64,000 bases of DNA from NCBI GenBank assembly GCA_017436675.1, contig JAFSCS010000042.1:18604-82603 (forward strand), in the 5' to 3' direction. Below are positions 1-8,686 of the stretch, one piece after another. A program made the position numbers and the translations under genes. Origin of the DNA: Clostridia bacterium (GTDB lineage: Bacteria > Bacillota > Clostridia > Oscillospirales > CAG-382). How positions within the stretch are numbered: the stretch's first letter is position 1; every line of letters begins with the position of its first letter. A model generated the notes under the pieces. That model was given only the letters and a program-made list of their open reading frames with translations. It was not told where the DNA came from and searched no databases.

Positions 1-1368
1 TACGTTCCCGACTCCGAATTGCTCAACAAATTCTTCACCGAAGGAATAGTTGACAAAAAGCACGTCGAATGCTTCTTGGAACTTAATAATACGATTCCCG
101 ACTTCTATAGCTTTTGCGGTTATTTCGAAATTTCAGAAAAAGAGAGCTCCAATTTCTCCCAAATGTTTTCGTATACACATTGGTATAATCTTGGATTTGT
201 TTTGGAGTATTTCGGAATATCCGAGGAAGATTATATGGCGTACGTTAGCGTCGTCCATAATCTATACAATGATATCTTGGGCTATGGTAAAGGCACCGAA
301 AAGCTCGACAAAACCTATCCTCTCTTCCGCTATGTAAAGGGCTGGTATAGTGAAAACTATATGGAAGACCCGTTAATGATAAAAGCGGACTACGAGAAAA
401 AGGGCGATATGTATTATGCCGAAAACCGCGACGGCAAGCATAACTTGATCTATTATACAATAGACTACCGCCTGATAAATTACGTCGGAAAGGATAAATT
501 CGATGAATATCTCGACATGACTGACGACGTAAATATCTTGAGCTTCATCGACTATTTTGAGCTCGATTGGTATACCTTCAGCGGTATCATCAACGAAGAT
601 GCCTCCGCAGGCTTGCCATATAATACTTATTTCGTCTTCGGAACAGACGAGCAAAAAGCAGCGTATTTCGGCTTTGTCGGCGATCAGATCGAGCTCGACA
701 AAACACTTTTCCGCCCGCTTGCTTCGCCGAATGACGAGAACGTCCAAGCAATAGGCGACGGTATCCACGATCCGAGATATTTCCTTTTGACCGAAGAGAT
801 ATTCTCAAAGCTTCTCGGCGAAGATGTTAAATTTACCAACACCTTTATAAACGATACGAACGAGTTTGCGAAAATGTTCTATACGACGGATAATTGGAAC
901 TTCGGCTTCTTTATCGAGTATTACGGAATAACTCGCGAGCAGTGGGAAGAATGGTGCGACGAGCTTTACCCCGCCGAAACACGTGATACGAAAGGTCTTG
1001 CGTGGCAATATGACCTCTGGTTTGACCAAAGATATGAGCAAAACGTGATGACCGTCTCGCGTTACTACGATTTCCCCGAGGTGCGCACGTATTACGGCGA
1101 AAAGATCGATGCTAAATATAACAGCGCATACTATAAGATCGACAGAGAACTGATCTTGTTGGTCGGAGTCGATAAGTTCGAGGACTTCCTCGATAAGTAT
1201 GAAGGCACGGCTGATTGTAACGTAATGAAGTTCATCGAGGAATTCGGCTTGAAAAAGGCAGACCTCGAAGCATTGTATGATTTCGAAGCAGACGACGGAC
1301 TCAGACAGGCATACAACATCGAAATGATGTTCGATCGACCGGAAGCATATTTCGGCTACGCAGAATAA
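1..1368 (+). CDS. hypothetical protein, 5'-partial, internally duplicated (~220-aa repeat x2)
   Basis: Frame 1 is open from base 1, with no stop before the listed TTG at 19; stop at 1366-1368. Two halves share motifs: FSQMFSYTHWYNLGFVLEYFGISEEDY vs FAKMFYTTDNWNFGFFIEYYGITREQW, and YYTIDYRLINYVGKDKFDEYLD...NILSFIDYFEL vs YYKIDRELILLVGVDKFEDFLD...NVMKFIEEFGL. A hairpin terminator follows. Confidence 0.7.
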   Translation, partial: YVPDSELLNKFFTEGIVDKKHVECFLELNNTIPDFYSFCGYFEISEKESSNFSQMFSYTHWYNLGFVLEYFGISEEDYMAYVSVVHNLYNDILGYGKGTEKLDKTYPLFRYVKGWYSENYMEDPLMIKADYEKKGDMYYAENRDGKHNLIYYTIDYRLINYVGKDKFDEYLDMTDDVNILSFIDYFELDWYTFSGIINEDASAGLPYNTYFVFGTDEQKAAYFGFVGDQIELDKTLFRPLASPNDENVQAIGDGIHDPRYFLLTEEIFSKLLGEDVKFTNTFINDTNEFAKMFYTTDNWNFGFFIEYYGITREQWEEWCDELYPAETRDTKGLAWQYDLWFDQRYEQNVMTVSRYYDFPEVRTYYGEKIDAKYNSAYYKIDRELILLVGVDKFEDFLDKYEGTADCNVMKFIEEFGLKKADLEALYDFEADDGLRQAYNIEMMFDRPEAYFGYAE

Positions 1369-1376
1369 CGAAAAAA

Positions 1377-1409
1377 GAGCTTATACCACTCGGTATAAGC
1401 TCGTTTTTT
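1377..1409. terminator. bidirectional rho-independent terminator hairpin
   Basis: The sequence gagcttatacc-actc-ggtataagctc has an A-run upstream and a T-run (1404-1409) downstream. It sits between convergent genes. Confidence 0.7.
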
Positions 1410-1668
1410 AACTCAAAGCGGAAACGACGTCGGAAACTAACCCCTCCGCACCCGACACAACGTCAGACACTACCGAGTCACCCATTGATACCGCATCGGA
1501 TACAAATGAGTCACCCTTGCTGACCGCATCGGATACGGCAGATGATACGTCGTTTTTTGAAACGTTTCCTCTGCTCTCGTCCTTTGAAACGTTTCCCATC
1601 ATTCCGTCGCACGATGCACACGCAAACGCAAGCAACGCAACGAGTATAAATAAAATTAATTTTTTCAT
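1408..1668 (-). CDS. small lipoprotein with V-S-D-rich repeats
   Basis: An internal ATG at 1668 is preceded by GGAGG (cttggaggaaatATG). The product starts MKKLILFILVALLAFACASC (lipobox). The rest is VS[KD]-type repeats (VSDAVSKGDSFVSDAVSMGDSVVSDVVSGAEGLVSDVVS). Confidence 0.7.
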   Translation of the reverse strand: MKKLILFILVALLAFACASCDGMMGNVSKDESRGNVSKNDVSSAVSDAVSKGDSFVSDAVSMGDSVVSDVVSGAEGLVSDVVSALS

Positions 1669-1782
1669 ATTTCCTCCAAGATCAATATCCAAAAATAAAA
1701 AAAGAAAAAGCTCCTTTTGAATTATTATTTCCCGTAATATGCGAGAAATATTCAAAAGGAGCTTTCAAAATTTAAAATTTAA

Positions 1783-2796
1783 TTATTCGCCGTCTTTTTT
1801 GCGGCCTGCCGAAAGAGCAGAGAGGATGTCGTCGATGTTTTCCTCTTCCTTGACTACCTCGCTCTTCTTTTTCGGGCGTCTTGAGATCTCGAAAAATCTT
1901 TCTCCGTTTTTGACCTTCGGTTGCATCGCCGTTTCGACCGTTTCTTCCTCGATCTCGGGCTCGTCGATTATCTCGAACGTGATCTTCGACTTCTTTTCTT
2001 CGGATCTCACTGTAGTGTCTGCCTTCGGCTCGTCAAATTGTTTTTCTCCGGGAGCAGCCTCTTCGACCTCTTGTGCCGCCTCTTCTTTGATATCCGCTGT
2101 CACGAGATCGTGAATAGCCGTCGAAGCGTTGTCGTCATCAACGAGACGCGGCTCGATAATAAAATTATCGTCTTGATATACCGCTTTGTCTTGCGCAGAG
2201 CCATAGACCTGTGAAACGCTCGGCTTGTTATGCATAACTCTCGTGCGAGTTCCTGCGTTGAGCTCACCGAGACGTGCCGTAATTATCGAACGAAGCTCAT
2301 ATATATCGATCGAAATATCCGACGCCTTGATAATGATCGCGGGCATCCCCGCGTCAATATTGTCGCTGATCTCGGTTCTCGATGCCTTCGTGAGTCCCAT
2401 AAATACCTTGCTCGTGGTTCTGAGGCTGATTCCGAGCCAATCGCATTTCTTGTCACCGAACATCTTCACCTCGGCGATATTTTCCCAAGCAACGTATGCG
2501 ATCCCACCCTCGGGAATGGTGTGATCCAAAAGTCCCTCGTCGGTAATGATGATCGCGATCGGCGGAGAGATGAGCTTGATAACGTGAAACGTCGCCTTGT
2601 ATCCGAAAAACGCAATACCGATGCATCCGATAATAAGGTAAACGATCTTGATATAAAGCGCGAGCGGACCGCTGAGCGTGTCGGTGGCGGGAAGAATGAC
2701 GCAATAGATCGATGCGAACAGAAAGATCAACGAAACGAGAGCATAAAAGGCACTCGGAAGTCGTTTAGCTTTTATAATCATATCTTTGTTTTCCAT
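1783..2796 (-). CDS. membrane protein: two N-terminal TM helices, PH-like region, acidic/lysine-rich tail
   Basis: 337-aa ORF. Hydrophobic segments are AFYALVSLIFLFASIYCVILP and IKIVYLIIGCIGIAFFGY. The C-terminal third is E/K-rich. The family is not recognised with certainty. Confidence 0.65.
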   Translation of the reverse strand: MENKDMIIKAKRLPSAFYALVSLIFLFASIYCVILPATDTLSGPLALYIKIVYLIIGCIGIAFFGYKATFHVIKLISPPIAIIITDEGLLDHTIPEGGIAYVAWENIAEVKMFGDKKCDWLGISLRTTSKVFMGLTKASRTEISDNIDAGMPAIIIKASDISIDIYELRSIITARLGELNAGTRTRVMHNKPSVSQVYGSAQDKAVYQDDNFIIEPRLVDDDNASTAIHDLVTADIKEEAAQEVEEAAPGEKQFDEPKADTTVRSEEKKSKITFEIIDEPEIEEETVETAMQPKVKNGERFFEISRRPKKKSEVVKEEENIDDILSALSAGRKKDGE

Positions 2797-2811
2797 AATA
2801 ACCTCTATCCT

Positions 2812-3516
2812 TTATTTGTAAGATGTTTGATTGAGCGGAATGTCTCTGTGATAAACGCGGAAGCTGTGGATGAGCTCTTCGCCGTAATACACCTCGAAGG
2901 TGTATGTCAAGCTGTCGTCGACCTGATCGAAAATACCGCTTCCGACCGACTCGTCGCTCTCGCCGAACGTGTTCGAAAGATCCTTGCTTTCGGGATCGCG
3001 ATACGCCACGTTGTCCTCAACGTCGATCACAACACCGCCAAAGCAAACTCGCTCATATCCATATTCGAAACGGGAATCGGAAACCCTGTTCACCATCTCG
3101 AAAACGTTGCCCTTGTTGTCCTTCAAAACGTAGTGGAACGGCTCGTTAAGATCACCGCCCGTCAGCTTTTTGCTGTTGTATCGAACACCGATCTCGAACT
3201 CGTTAACGTCGGGCGCATATACCATTCGGCGAAGCATCACCGCTCCGCTTTTGCTCGACGTGCTCTTCGAGTCAACTCTGTAAAGCTCGAACCCCTTCGG
3301 GTCAGCGGCGTATACTTGACGCGCTTCTTCCGAAAGAAACGTTTGTTTAACGAGATCTAATTCCTTGCTGATATACATTCTGAAAAATATAACGAGATAT
3401 ATCGCAATAGCGCAAAAATAAATGAAGCTTTTGAAAATAGCCTTAACGACCTTTCCCGACGTCCAACGGAGGTCGAGAAGCTCGTCATCGGGGAAGTAGT
3501 CGCCCCTATAATCCAT
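2812..3516 (-). CDS. single-pass membrane protein, unknown function
   Basis: 234-aa ORF with one TM segment (FIYFCAIAIYLVIFF). It lies 15 nt upstream of the next same-strand gene. No recognisable motif. Confidence 0.6.
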   Translation of the reverse strand: MDYRGDYFPDDELLDLRWTSGKVVKAIFKSFIYFCAIAIYLVIFFRMYISKELDLVKQTFLSEEARQVYAADPKGFELYRVDSKSTSSKSGAVMLRRMVYAPDVNEFEIGVRYNSKKLTGGDLNEPFHYVLKDNKGNVFEMVNRVSDSRFEYGYERVCFGGVVIDVEDNVAYRDPESKDLSNTFGESDESVGSGIFDQVDDSLTYTFEVYYGEELIHSFRVYHRDIPLNQTSYK

Positions 3517-3545
3517 TAATATTCACCCCTTTGAAAGTGTTTATG

Positions 3546-5105
3546 TTATGACCAATAGCTCTTGTCAAGACTTCTGAGCTGAATGGCACCGAGAATATGT
3601 CCTTTTTTGATATCATCGCTTCTGTCGATGTCGGCAAGCGTACGTGACAAGCGTAATATTCTGTCGTATCCGCGTGCAGAAAGCCCGAGACGGTCGTAAG
3701 CACTCTTCAAAAGCGCCTTTCCCGCATCGTCGGGAACACAATATTTTCGAAGCTGACTTTGTCCCATCTGTGAGTTTGCGAGAATGCCGTCGTTTCCGCT
3801 CTCAAACCGAGCCTTTGCGAACTCTCGCGCCGCAACGACGCGCTTGCGTATCTCGCTTGATGATTCCGACACCCTCGTTCCCGAGAGCTTGTCGAAATCG
3901 AGCGCAGGCACCTCAATTTGTATATCTATTCTGTCAAGAAGCGGCCCCGATATCTTCGAAAGATATGAGTGACGAGCCGACGGCGAACACGTGCATTCGT
4001 GATTGGGACTTCCGAAATAACCGCATTTGCACGGGTTCATCGCACAAACGAGCATAAAGTCACTCGGGAACGTCACCTTCCCGTTAACGCGAGTGATCGT
4101 GACCTTTCCGTCCTCAAGCGGCTGACGCAATATCTCCATCGTGTTCTTGTCGAACTCGGGAAGCTCGTCGAGGAAAAGTACACCGTTGTGCGAAAGCGAT
4201 ATCTCGCCCGGTGTCGGTGTTTTCCCACCGCCCGCAAGCCCCGCCGCCGACATCGAATGGTGCGGTGAACGGAACGGCTTCGTGAAAAGAAGCGGAGTGT
4301 CGGGTGAGAGCACACCTGCGATCGAGTGTATCTTCGTCGTTTCAATAGCCTCCTCGAGCGTTTGGGGAGGAAGTATCGACGGAAGCCGTGACGCGAGCAT
4401 ACTCTTGCCCGAGCCGGGAGGACCTATCATCAAAAGGTTGTGCGCACCTGCGGCGGCAACCTCAAGCGCCTTCTTCGCCTTGTCTTGTCCCTTTACGTCG
4501 GAATAGTCGAGAAGACTTCCGAGCGATTCGGCCCTGAAATCGTCGATCGAAAACTCTTGCTTCGTAATCGAAACGATACCCATCAAATGCTCATAAAGCT
4601 CAACAACGTTCGAAACGGGATAAACGTCGATACCGACCGCGGCAGACGCCTCCTTTGCGTTCTCGAACGGAACGTATATCTCACGAAATCCCGCGTTGCG
4701 AGCAGCAATAGCCATCGAAAGCGCACCGCGAACGGGACGAAGCGCACCCGTCAGCGAAAGCTCACCGATGAAGCACTTTCCGTCGAGATCGAGATTTTGA
4801 AGCGCATCCTCTTTTATCAAAGAAAGGAAAATGGGGAGGTCAAACGCCGAGCCTTCCTTTTTCTTGTCGGCAGGCGCAAGATTGACCGTCAGCATCCCGT
4901 TGAATAGCCGAAACCCGCTTGACGTGATCGCCGAGCGCACACGGCTGCCCGCCTCCTTGACGGCGGCATCGGGAAGTCCGATTATCCTCAGCTCACTCGA
5001 GCCGGAAAGCGATTGTGACCTTCCGCCGCGAGAGGCTTCAACAGTAACTATAAACGCGTCGATCCCGTGGAGCGCGGCTGAATAGATAACGGAAACCATA
5101 GTCAT
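3546..5105 (-). CDS. comM: YifB/ComM-family Mg-chelatase-like AAA+ ATPase
   Basis: Walker A MIGPPGSGKSM, Walker B VLFLDELPEF, N-terminal Lon-protease-like fold (LPIFLSL), and a cysteine cluster CKCGYFGSPNHECTC. Start placed at MTMVSVIYSAALHG; the N-terminal 11 codons of the listed ORF are probably not translated. Confidence 0.88.
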   Translation of the reverse strand: MTMVSVIYSAALHGIDAFIVTVEASRGGRSQSLSGSSELRIIGLPDAAVKEAGSRVRSAITSSGFRLFNGMLTVNLAPADKKKEGSAFDLPIFLSLIKEDALQNLDLDGKCFIGELSLTGALRPVRGALSMAIAARNAGFREIYVPFENAKEASAAVGIDVYPVSNVVELYEHLMGIVSITKQEFSIDDFRAESLGSLLDYSDVKGQDKAKKALEVAAAGAHNLLMIGPPGSGKSMLASRLPSILPPQTLEEAIETTKIHSIAGVLSPDTPLLFTKPFRSPHHSMSAAGLAGGGKTPTPGEISLSHNGVLFLDELPEFDKNTMEILRQPLEDGKVTITRVNGKVTFPSDFMLVCAMNPCKCGYFGSPNHECTCSPSARHSYLSKISGPLLDRIDIQIEVPALDFDKLSGTRVSESSSEIRKRVVAAREFAKARFESGNDGILANSQMGQSQLRKYCVPDDAGKALLKSAYDRLGLSARGYDRILRLSRTLADIDRSDDIKKGHILGAIQLRSLDKSYWS

Positions 5106-5212
5106 ACCCTTCCAAAATACTTCAAAATAATTATACATTATTATAATAACACTTTTCTAAAGAAAATACAAGTGCCAAATCGATCTTTTCGCCGAAACAT
5201 AATAATTTCACC

Positions 5213-5243
5213 AAAAAAACAAAACGCCCCCGAAGGAGCGTTT
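5213..5243 (-). terminator. rho-independent terminator of the lipoprotein/small-peptide operon
   Basis: The minus strand reads aaacgctcc-ttcg-ggggcgttt followed by tgttttttt. Confidence 0.75.
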
Positions 5244-5329
5244 CGAAAGGAGAATATTTAGTTGTATGAGGATATGTATTGAAATTCTTCACTGATGATC
5301 TTTCTTTTGTCAAGAATAAATTGATTATA

Positions 5330-5464
5330 CTATTCAGCATTAACAGCAGAATCCCAAACCTCATCTGAAATTTTACTTTTACTATTATAAAAACTCGCAG
5401 CTTGAACCGGTATAATGCAATTAAAGAGCAGAATAATAATCAAAAATAACGTAAACTTTTTCAT
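5330..5464 (-). CDS. 44-aa secreted small peptide (not in ORF track)
   Basis: The minus strand reads ttAGGAGttcaatATG..., encoding MKKFTLFLIIILLFNCIIPVQA/ASFYNSKSKISDEVWDSAVNAE with stop TAG. The RBS has 7-nt spacing and the N-terminus is a Sec-type signal peptide. It starts 10 nt after the stop of the upstream lipoprotein gene. Confidence 0.5.
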   Translation of the reverse strand: MKKFTLFLIIILLFNCIIPVQAASFYNSKSKISDEVWDSAVNAE

Positions 5465-5473
5465 ATTGAACTC

Positions 5474-6277
5474 CTAACCAATAGGTACACTTTGGAGTTG
5501 ACAACCCCATTCATTTTTAAAACAAAACACGGTGCTAAGTGGTGAAACGGTGCCTACTGCTATAACCATAGGAAGATCAAGCAGCTCGTCAAGTTCGCTC
5601 TCATTTGCATAAACCAATATACGAAGTGTATAATAGTACCCCTCGCCAATTGCTCCTCCAATAAAATGGAAAACCTTGTCTATATCGGTATAGCAATTTT
5701 CTTTAGGTAAAGGATTGACTTTTTCAAATTCTGAAAGACGGATTTTGGCGAATTCCTTGAAAACTCTTGTGTTTCTGATTATCCAACCCATCCAAACTTC
5801 GTATGTGTCGTTTTGGTAAGGATTATGGCTTGGTTTAAAGTCAGGGTATCTTTTAGCAAAAGCCGCATCAAATTCATCTTTTTTTGCTAGACCGATAAGG
5901 ACAACTTTAAGTTCTCGACCGTCTTCTCTTTTTGCATCTAATTTCAAAAAATCTCTATTTTCAGTATGATAAGGATATCCTTCTCTAAAACCATCAAGAA
6001 GAAAAGTAAAGCTTTTTTCTTCGTCATCGGGAAATGGAGGTTCCAACGTAAAATACTCTTCCATATAATGAATAAAATCTGCCGGAGTTTCAAAATCCCC
6101 TGCTACCTCGATTATTTCTTCTTCGCTTTCCTCCTCACTCACCTCGTCCGACACCGACTCACTCACGTCCGCCTCGCTCACGTCTGCCTTGCTTTCCTCG
6201 TCGGGCGTGCAAGCAACAACGCCGAGAAAGAGCGACACAAGCAAGATAAATGAGATGATTAATTTTAATTTTTTCAT
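5474..6277 (-). CDS. lipoprotein, unknown function
   Basis: The product starts MKKLKLIISFILLVSLFLGVVAC (lipobox), followed by an acidic D/E-V-S linker (DVSEADVSESVSDEVSEEESEEE). RBS aaaggagag is upstream. Confidence 0.78.
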   Translation of the reverse strand: MKKLKLIISFILLVSLFLGVVACTPDEESKADVSEADVSESVSDEVSEEESEEEIIEVAGDFETPADFIHYMEEYFTLEPPFPDDEEKSFTFLLDGFREGYPYHTENRDFLKLDAKREDGRELKVVLIGLAKKDEFDAAFAKRYPDFKPSHNPYQNDTYEVWMGWIIRNTRVFKEFAKIRLSEFEKVNPLPKENCYTDIDKVFHFIGGAIGEGYYYTLRILVYANESELDELLDLPMVIAVGTVSPLSTVFCFKNEWGCQLQSVPIG

Positions 6278-6303
6278 AAAAAAACTCTCCTTTTTGATAA
6301 AAT

Positions 6304-6477
6304 AAAAAACCGCAAGGGTATTCTACCCCTGCGGTGATGCGCTGATGATGGTTTAATTAAAAGGATACTCCCGCAGGGGTAGTCATATTTTCTTGTTCAA
6401 GTTCTAACTGTCCCATCGGTCCGTACCTCGCTTTCTTATTCTGTTTTCATTATATAGTACAAATATTTATTTGTCAA
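6304..6477 (-). promoter_or_regulatory. sigma-A-type promoter plus ~150-nt leader with mutually exclusive terminator/antiterminator helices
   Basis: On the minus strand: TTGACA (6472-6477), 17-nt spacer, TATAAT (6449-6454). Terminator: ccgcagggg-tagaata-cccttgcgg followed by tttttt (6304-6334). An upstream tacccctgcgg (6371-6381) is perfectly complementary over 11 nt to the 5' arm of the terminator. Confidence 0.65.
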
Positions 6478-6495
6478 GACGATCATCAAAAAATG

Positions 6496-7164
6496 TTATA
6501 TCTTAAAAGCCTTTTCGGTAGGAAGCGCAAAGATTATTCCGTTTGCTTCCGAAGTCAAACCGAAATCGCGGTTTACGTCCTGCATGATTTGCGCACTCAC
6601 CTTTGAGGGTGCCAAAATGCAGATCATCTCGCGCTCGCCCTCCGCGGTGGTGTTCAAATATTCGGAAAATTGCTCCGAGTCCGCAAGTCTGCCCTTGATG
6701 ATCGTACCGCCGGTAGCACCCGCTTTTCTTGCGACCTGCATAACGTCCTCGCTGAAGCCCTCGTTTACCGATATTATGATCAGATTGTTGTGATGCTCGT
6801 TTTTCATATTAACGCTCTCCTTTTCCTTGTTAGAGTTGTCATTGTAATTGATCACCTCGCAAAGCACCCTGCTTGCCGCCGCCACGTCGATAACGATCAT
6901 GATCCCGCCATATTTCGAGTGGCTTGGGAACACCTCTCCGAAATTCGTCATCATATCGCGAACAGCCCCTTCGGGTGCAAGACTGATCATCACGTCCTTG
7001 TCGTTCGTGCCGAGACCGAAAATATCCATCATCTCGGTCGGCGCAGTGCCGAAACCGAACGTCTGGAAATTGACCGTCATACCGCGGCTTCGAAGCTCCT
7101 TGATGAGCTTCTTTCCCGAGCCTTGCTGAACGATAGATAAGAGTGCCATGATTTTTTTATTCAT
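6496..7164 (-). CDS. tandem P-II-like signal-transduction protein
   Basis: 222 aa in two P-II-sized halves. The second half (NLIIISVNEGFSEDVMQVARKAGATGGTIIKGRL...ICILAPSKVSAQIMQDV...GIIFALPTEKAF) has the typical P-II pattern. RBS GGAGGG lies 8 nt upstream. The gene overlaps the upstream gene by 8 nt. Confidence 0.72.
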   Translation of the reverse strand: MNKKIMALLSIVQQGSGKKLIKELRSRGMTVNFQTFGFGTAPTEMMDIFGLGTNDKDVMISLAPEGAVRDMMTNFGEVFPSHSKYGGIMIVIDVAAASRVLCEVINYNDNSNKEKESVNMKNEHHNNLIIISVNEGFSEDVMQVARKAGATGGTIIKGRLADSEQFSEYLNTTAEGEREMICILAPSKVSAQIMQDVNRDFGLTSEANGIIFALPTEKAFKI

Positions 7165-8686
7165 TTATCTCACCCTCCGTCTCAAAGAATATAATGTCAT
7201 CCTCGACCATGCTGAGCTCCGTGTGTATCCTCTTGATCCTTCTCGCGTGCTTTCTTCTTTCGATGAGCCCGAGCGTCTGTATCGTGATCAGCGGTGCCAT
7301 CGCAATAAGCGCAACGATACCGAACGCATCAGTCATCACGTTGCCGCCGATAGATTCACAAGCTCCCATCGCAAAAGGAAGCATAAACGTTGACGTCATC
7401 GGTCCGCTCGCAACTCCGCCCGAGTCGAAAGCGATTCCCGTATAAATGCTCGGAACAAAATAGCTGATAACGAGTGAGATAGCGTATCCAACGATCAAAA
7501 ACGGTAAAATAGGTATCCCCGTGAGAACTCGAAGCATCGAAATGCCCACCGATACCGCAACACCGACGGAAAGCGCGATGGCGACCGAGCCTTGAGAGAT
7601 CGCACCGTTCGTTATCTCGTTGACCTGTCTCTTGAGTGAATGCACTGCCGGCTCAGCCGCAACGACGAAATATCCCATAAGCATACCGATAGGGATGAGA
7701 AGATATTTTAACTCTCCTCCCGCTATCGCCGCACCGATAAGCCGTCCCGCGGGCATAAATCCAACGTTCGCACCCGTCAAAAAGAGAACGAGTCCAATGT
7801 ATGTGTATATAAATCCGAATGACATCTTCAAAAGATTGTGCAAATGATATCTTCTTGTGATAAGCTGGAAAATAAGGAAAAGCACGACGATCGGCACGAA
7901 TGCCTTCGCTACCTCCAACGCATATTCCGGCAAAGCGTGTGCAAATTGCTTGAACGCATCGGCTGTCGTCTTTATATCTGCGATCTCGATCACCGATGTC
8001 GAAGGAGTCGGCTTGTAGAAGATGCTGAGCAAAAGCACCGACAAAATAGGACCGATACTGCAAAGCGCAACGAGACCGAAGCTGTGCTCACCCGTGCTCT
8101 TACCCTTCTTGCTCGCCGCAAGACCGGCACCGAGCGTCATAATGAACGGCACGGTGATAGGACCCGTCGTAACTCCGCCCGAGTCGAAGGCTGTCGGAAT
8201 GAATTCCTTCGGTGCAAAGAACGCGAGAATGATTATCAAAGCGTAAAATATAACGAGAAGCCTGCGAAGCGGTATCTCTTTTCTGTTTCTTATCAGCGTG
8301 ATGCTGAGAAAAACTCCGACTCCGACACCAACGCATCCGATAAGCAAGGAGTTGGGGATCGTCGGCACCTGCTCTGCGAGTACCTGAAGATCAGGCTCGG
8401 ATACAGTGATGATAAATCCGAGGATAAAGCATATGACGAGTGGCAAAAAAAGCCATTTTCTCTTGTTGAGCGTCTTACCGATACCATCGCCGAGCGGCTC
8501 CATCGAAATGCCCGAGCCAACCGTAAAAAGACTCATTCCGACAATGAGCAGCACCGTACCGAATAAAAACAGAACGAGCACACCCGCATCGAGCGAAACG
8601 ATCGAGACCGATAGTATCAAAACGATCAACGCTATCGGTAATACCGATTTCAAAGACTCATTGAGAGAGGGGAAAATATGCGCCAT
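7157..8686 (-). CDS. polytopic membrane protein with internal duplication, DUF1538-like
   Basis: 509 aa and very hydrophobic. The two halves share AFDSGGVTTGPITVPFIMTLG / AFDSGGVASGPMTSTFMLPFA, and VSEPDLQVLAEQV / AAEPAVHSLKRQV. From memory, DUF1538 genes are typically adjacent to P-II-like genes. Confidence 0.75.
   Translation of the reverse strand: MAHIFPSLNESLKSVLPIALIVLILSVSIVSLDAGVLVLFLFGTVLLIVGMSLFTVGSGISMEPLGDGIGKTLNKRKWLFLPLVICFILGFIITVSEPDLQVLAEQVPTIPNSLLIGCVGVGVGVFLSITLIRNRKEIPLRRLLVIFYALIIILAFFAPKEFIPTAFDSGGVTTGPITVPFIMTLGAGLAASKKGKSTGEHSFGLVALCSIGPILSVLLLSIFYKPTPSTSVIEIADIKTTADAFKQFAHALPEYALEVAKAFVPIVVLFLIFQLITRRYHLHNLLKMSFGFIYTYIGLVLFLTGANVGFMPAGRLIGAAIAGGELKYLLIPIGMLMGYFVVAAEPAVHSLKRQVNEITNGAISQGSVAIALSVGVAVSVGISMLRVLTGIPILPFLIVGYAISLVISYFVPSIYTGIAFDSGGVASGPMTSTFMLPFAMGACESIGGNVMTDAFGIVALIAMAPLITIQTLGLIERRKHARRIKRIHTELSMVEDDIIFFETEGEINE

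Noticed and set aside
2230-3360. 376-aa plus-strand ORF.
   Set aside because: It spans two separate minus-strand membrane-protein genes and their intergenic gap. It is Arg-rich nonsense-like sequence with no RBS.
5131-5364. 77-aa minus-strand ORF between comM and the lipoprotein operon.
   Set aside because: It has no RBS, overlaps the better-supported 44-aa signal-peptide ORF in another frame, and reads through the intrinsic terminator at 5213-5243.
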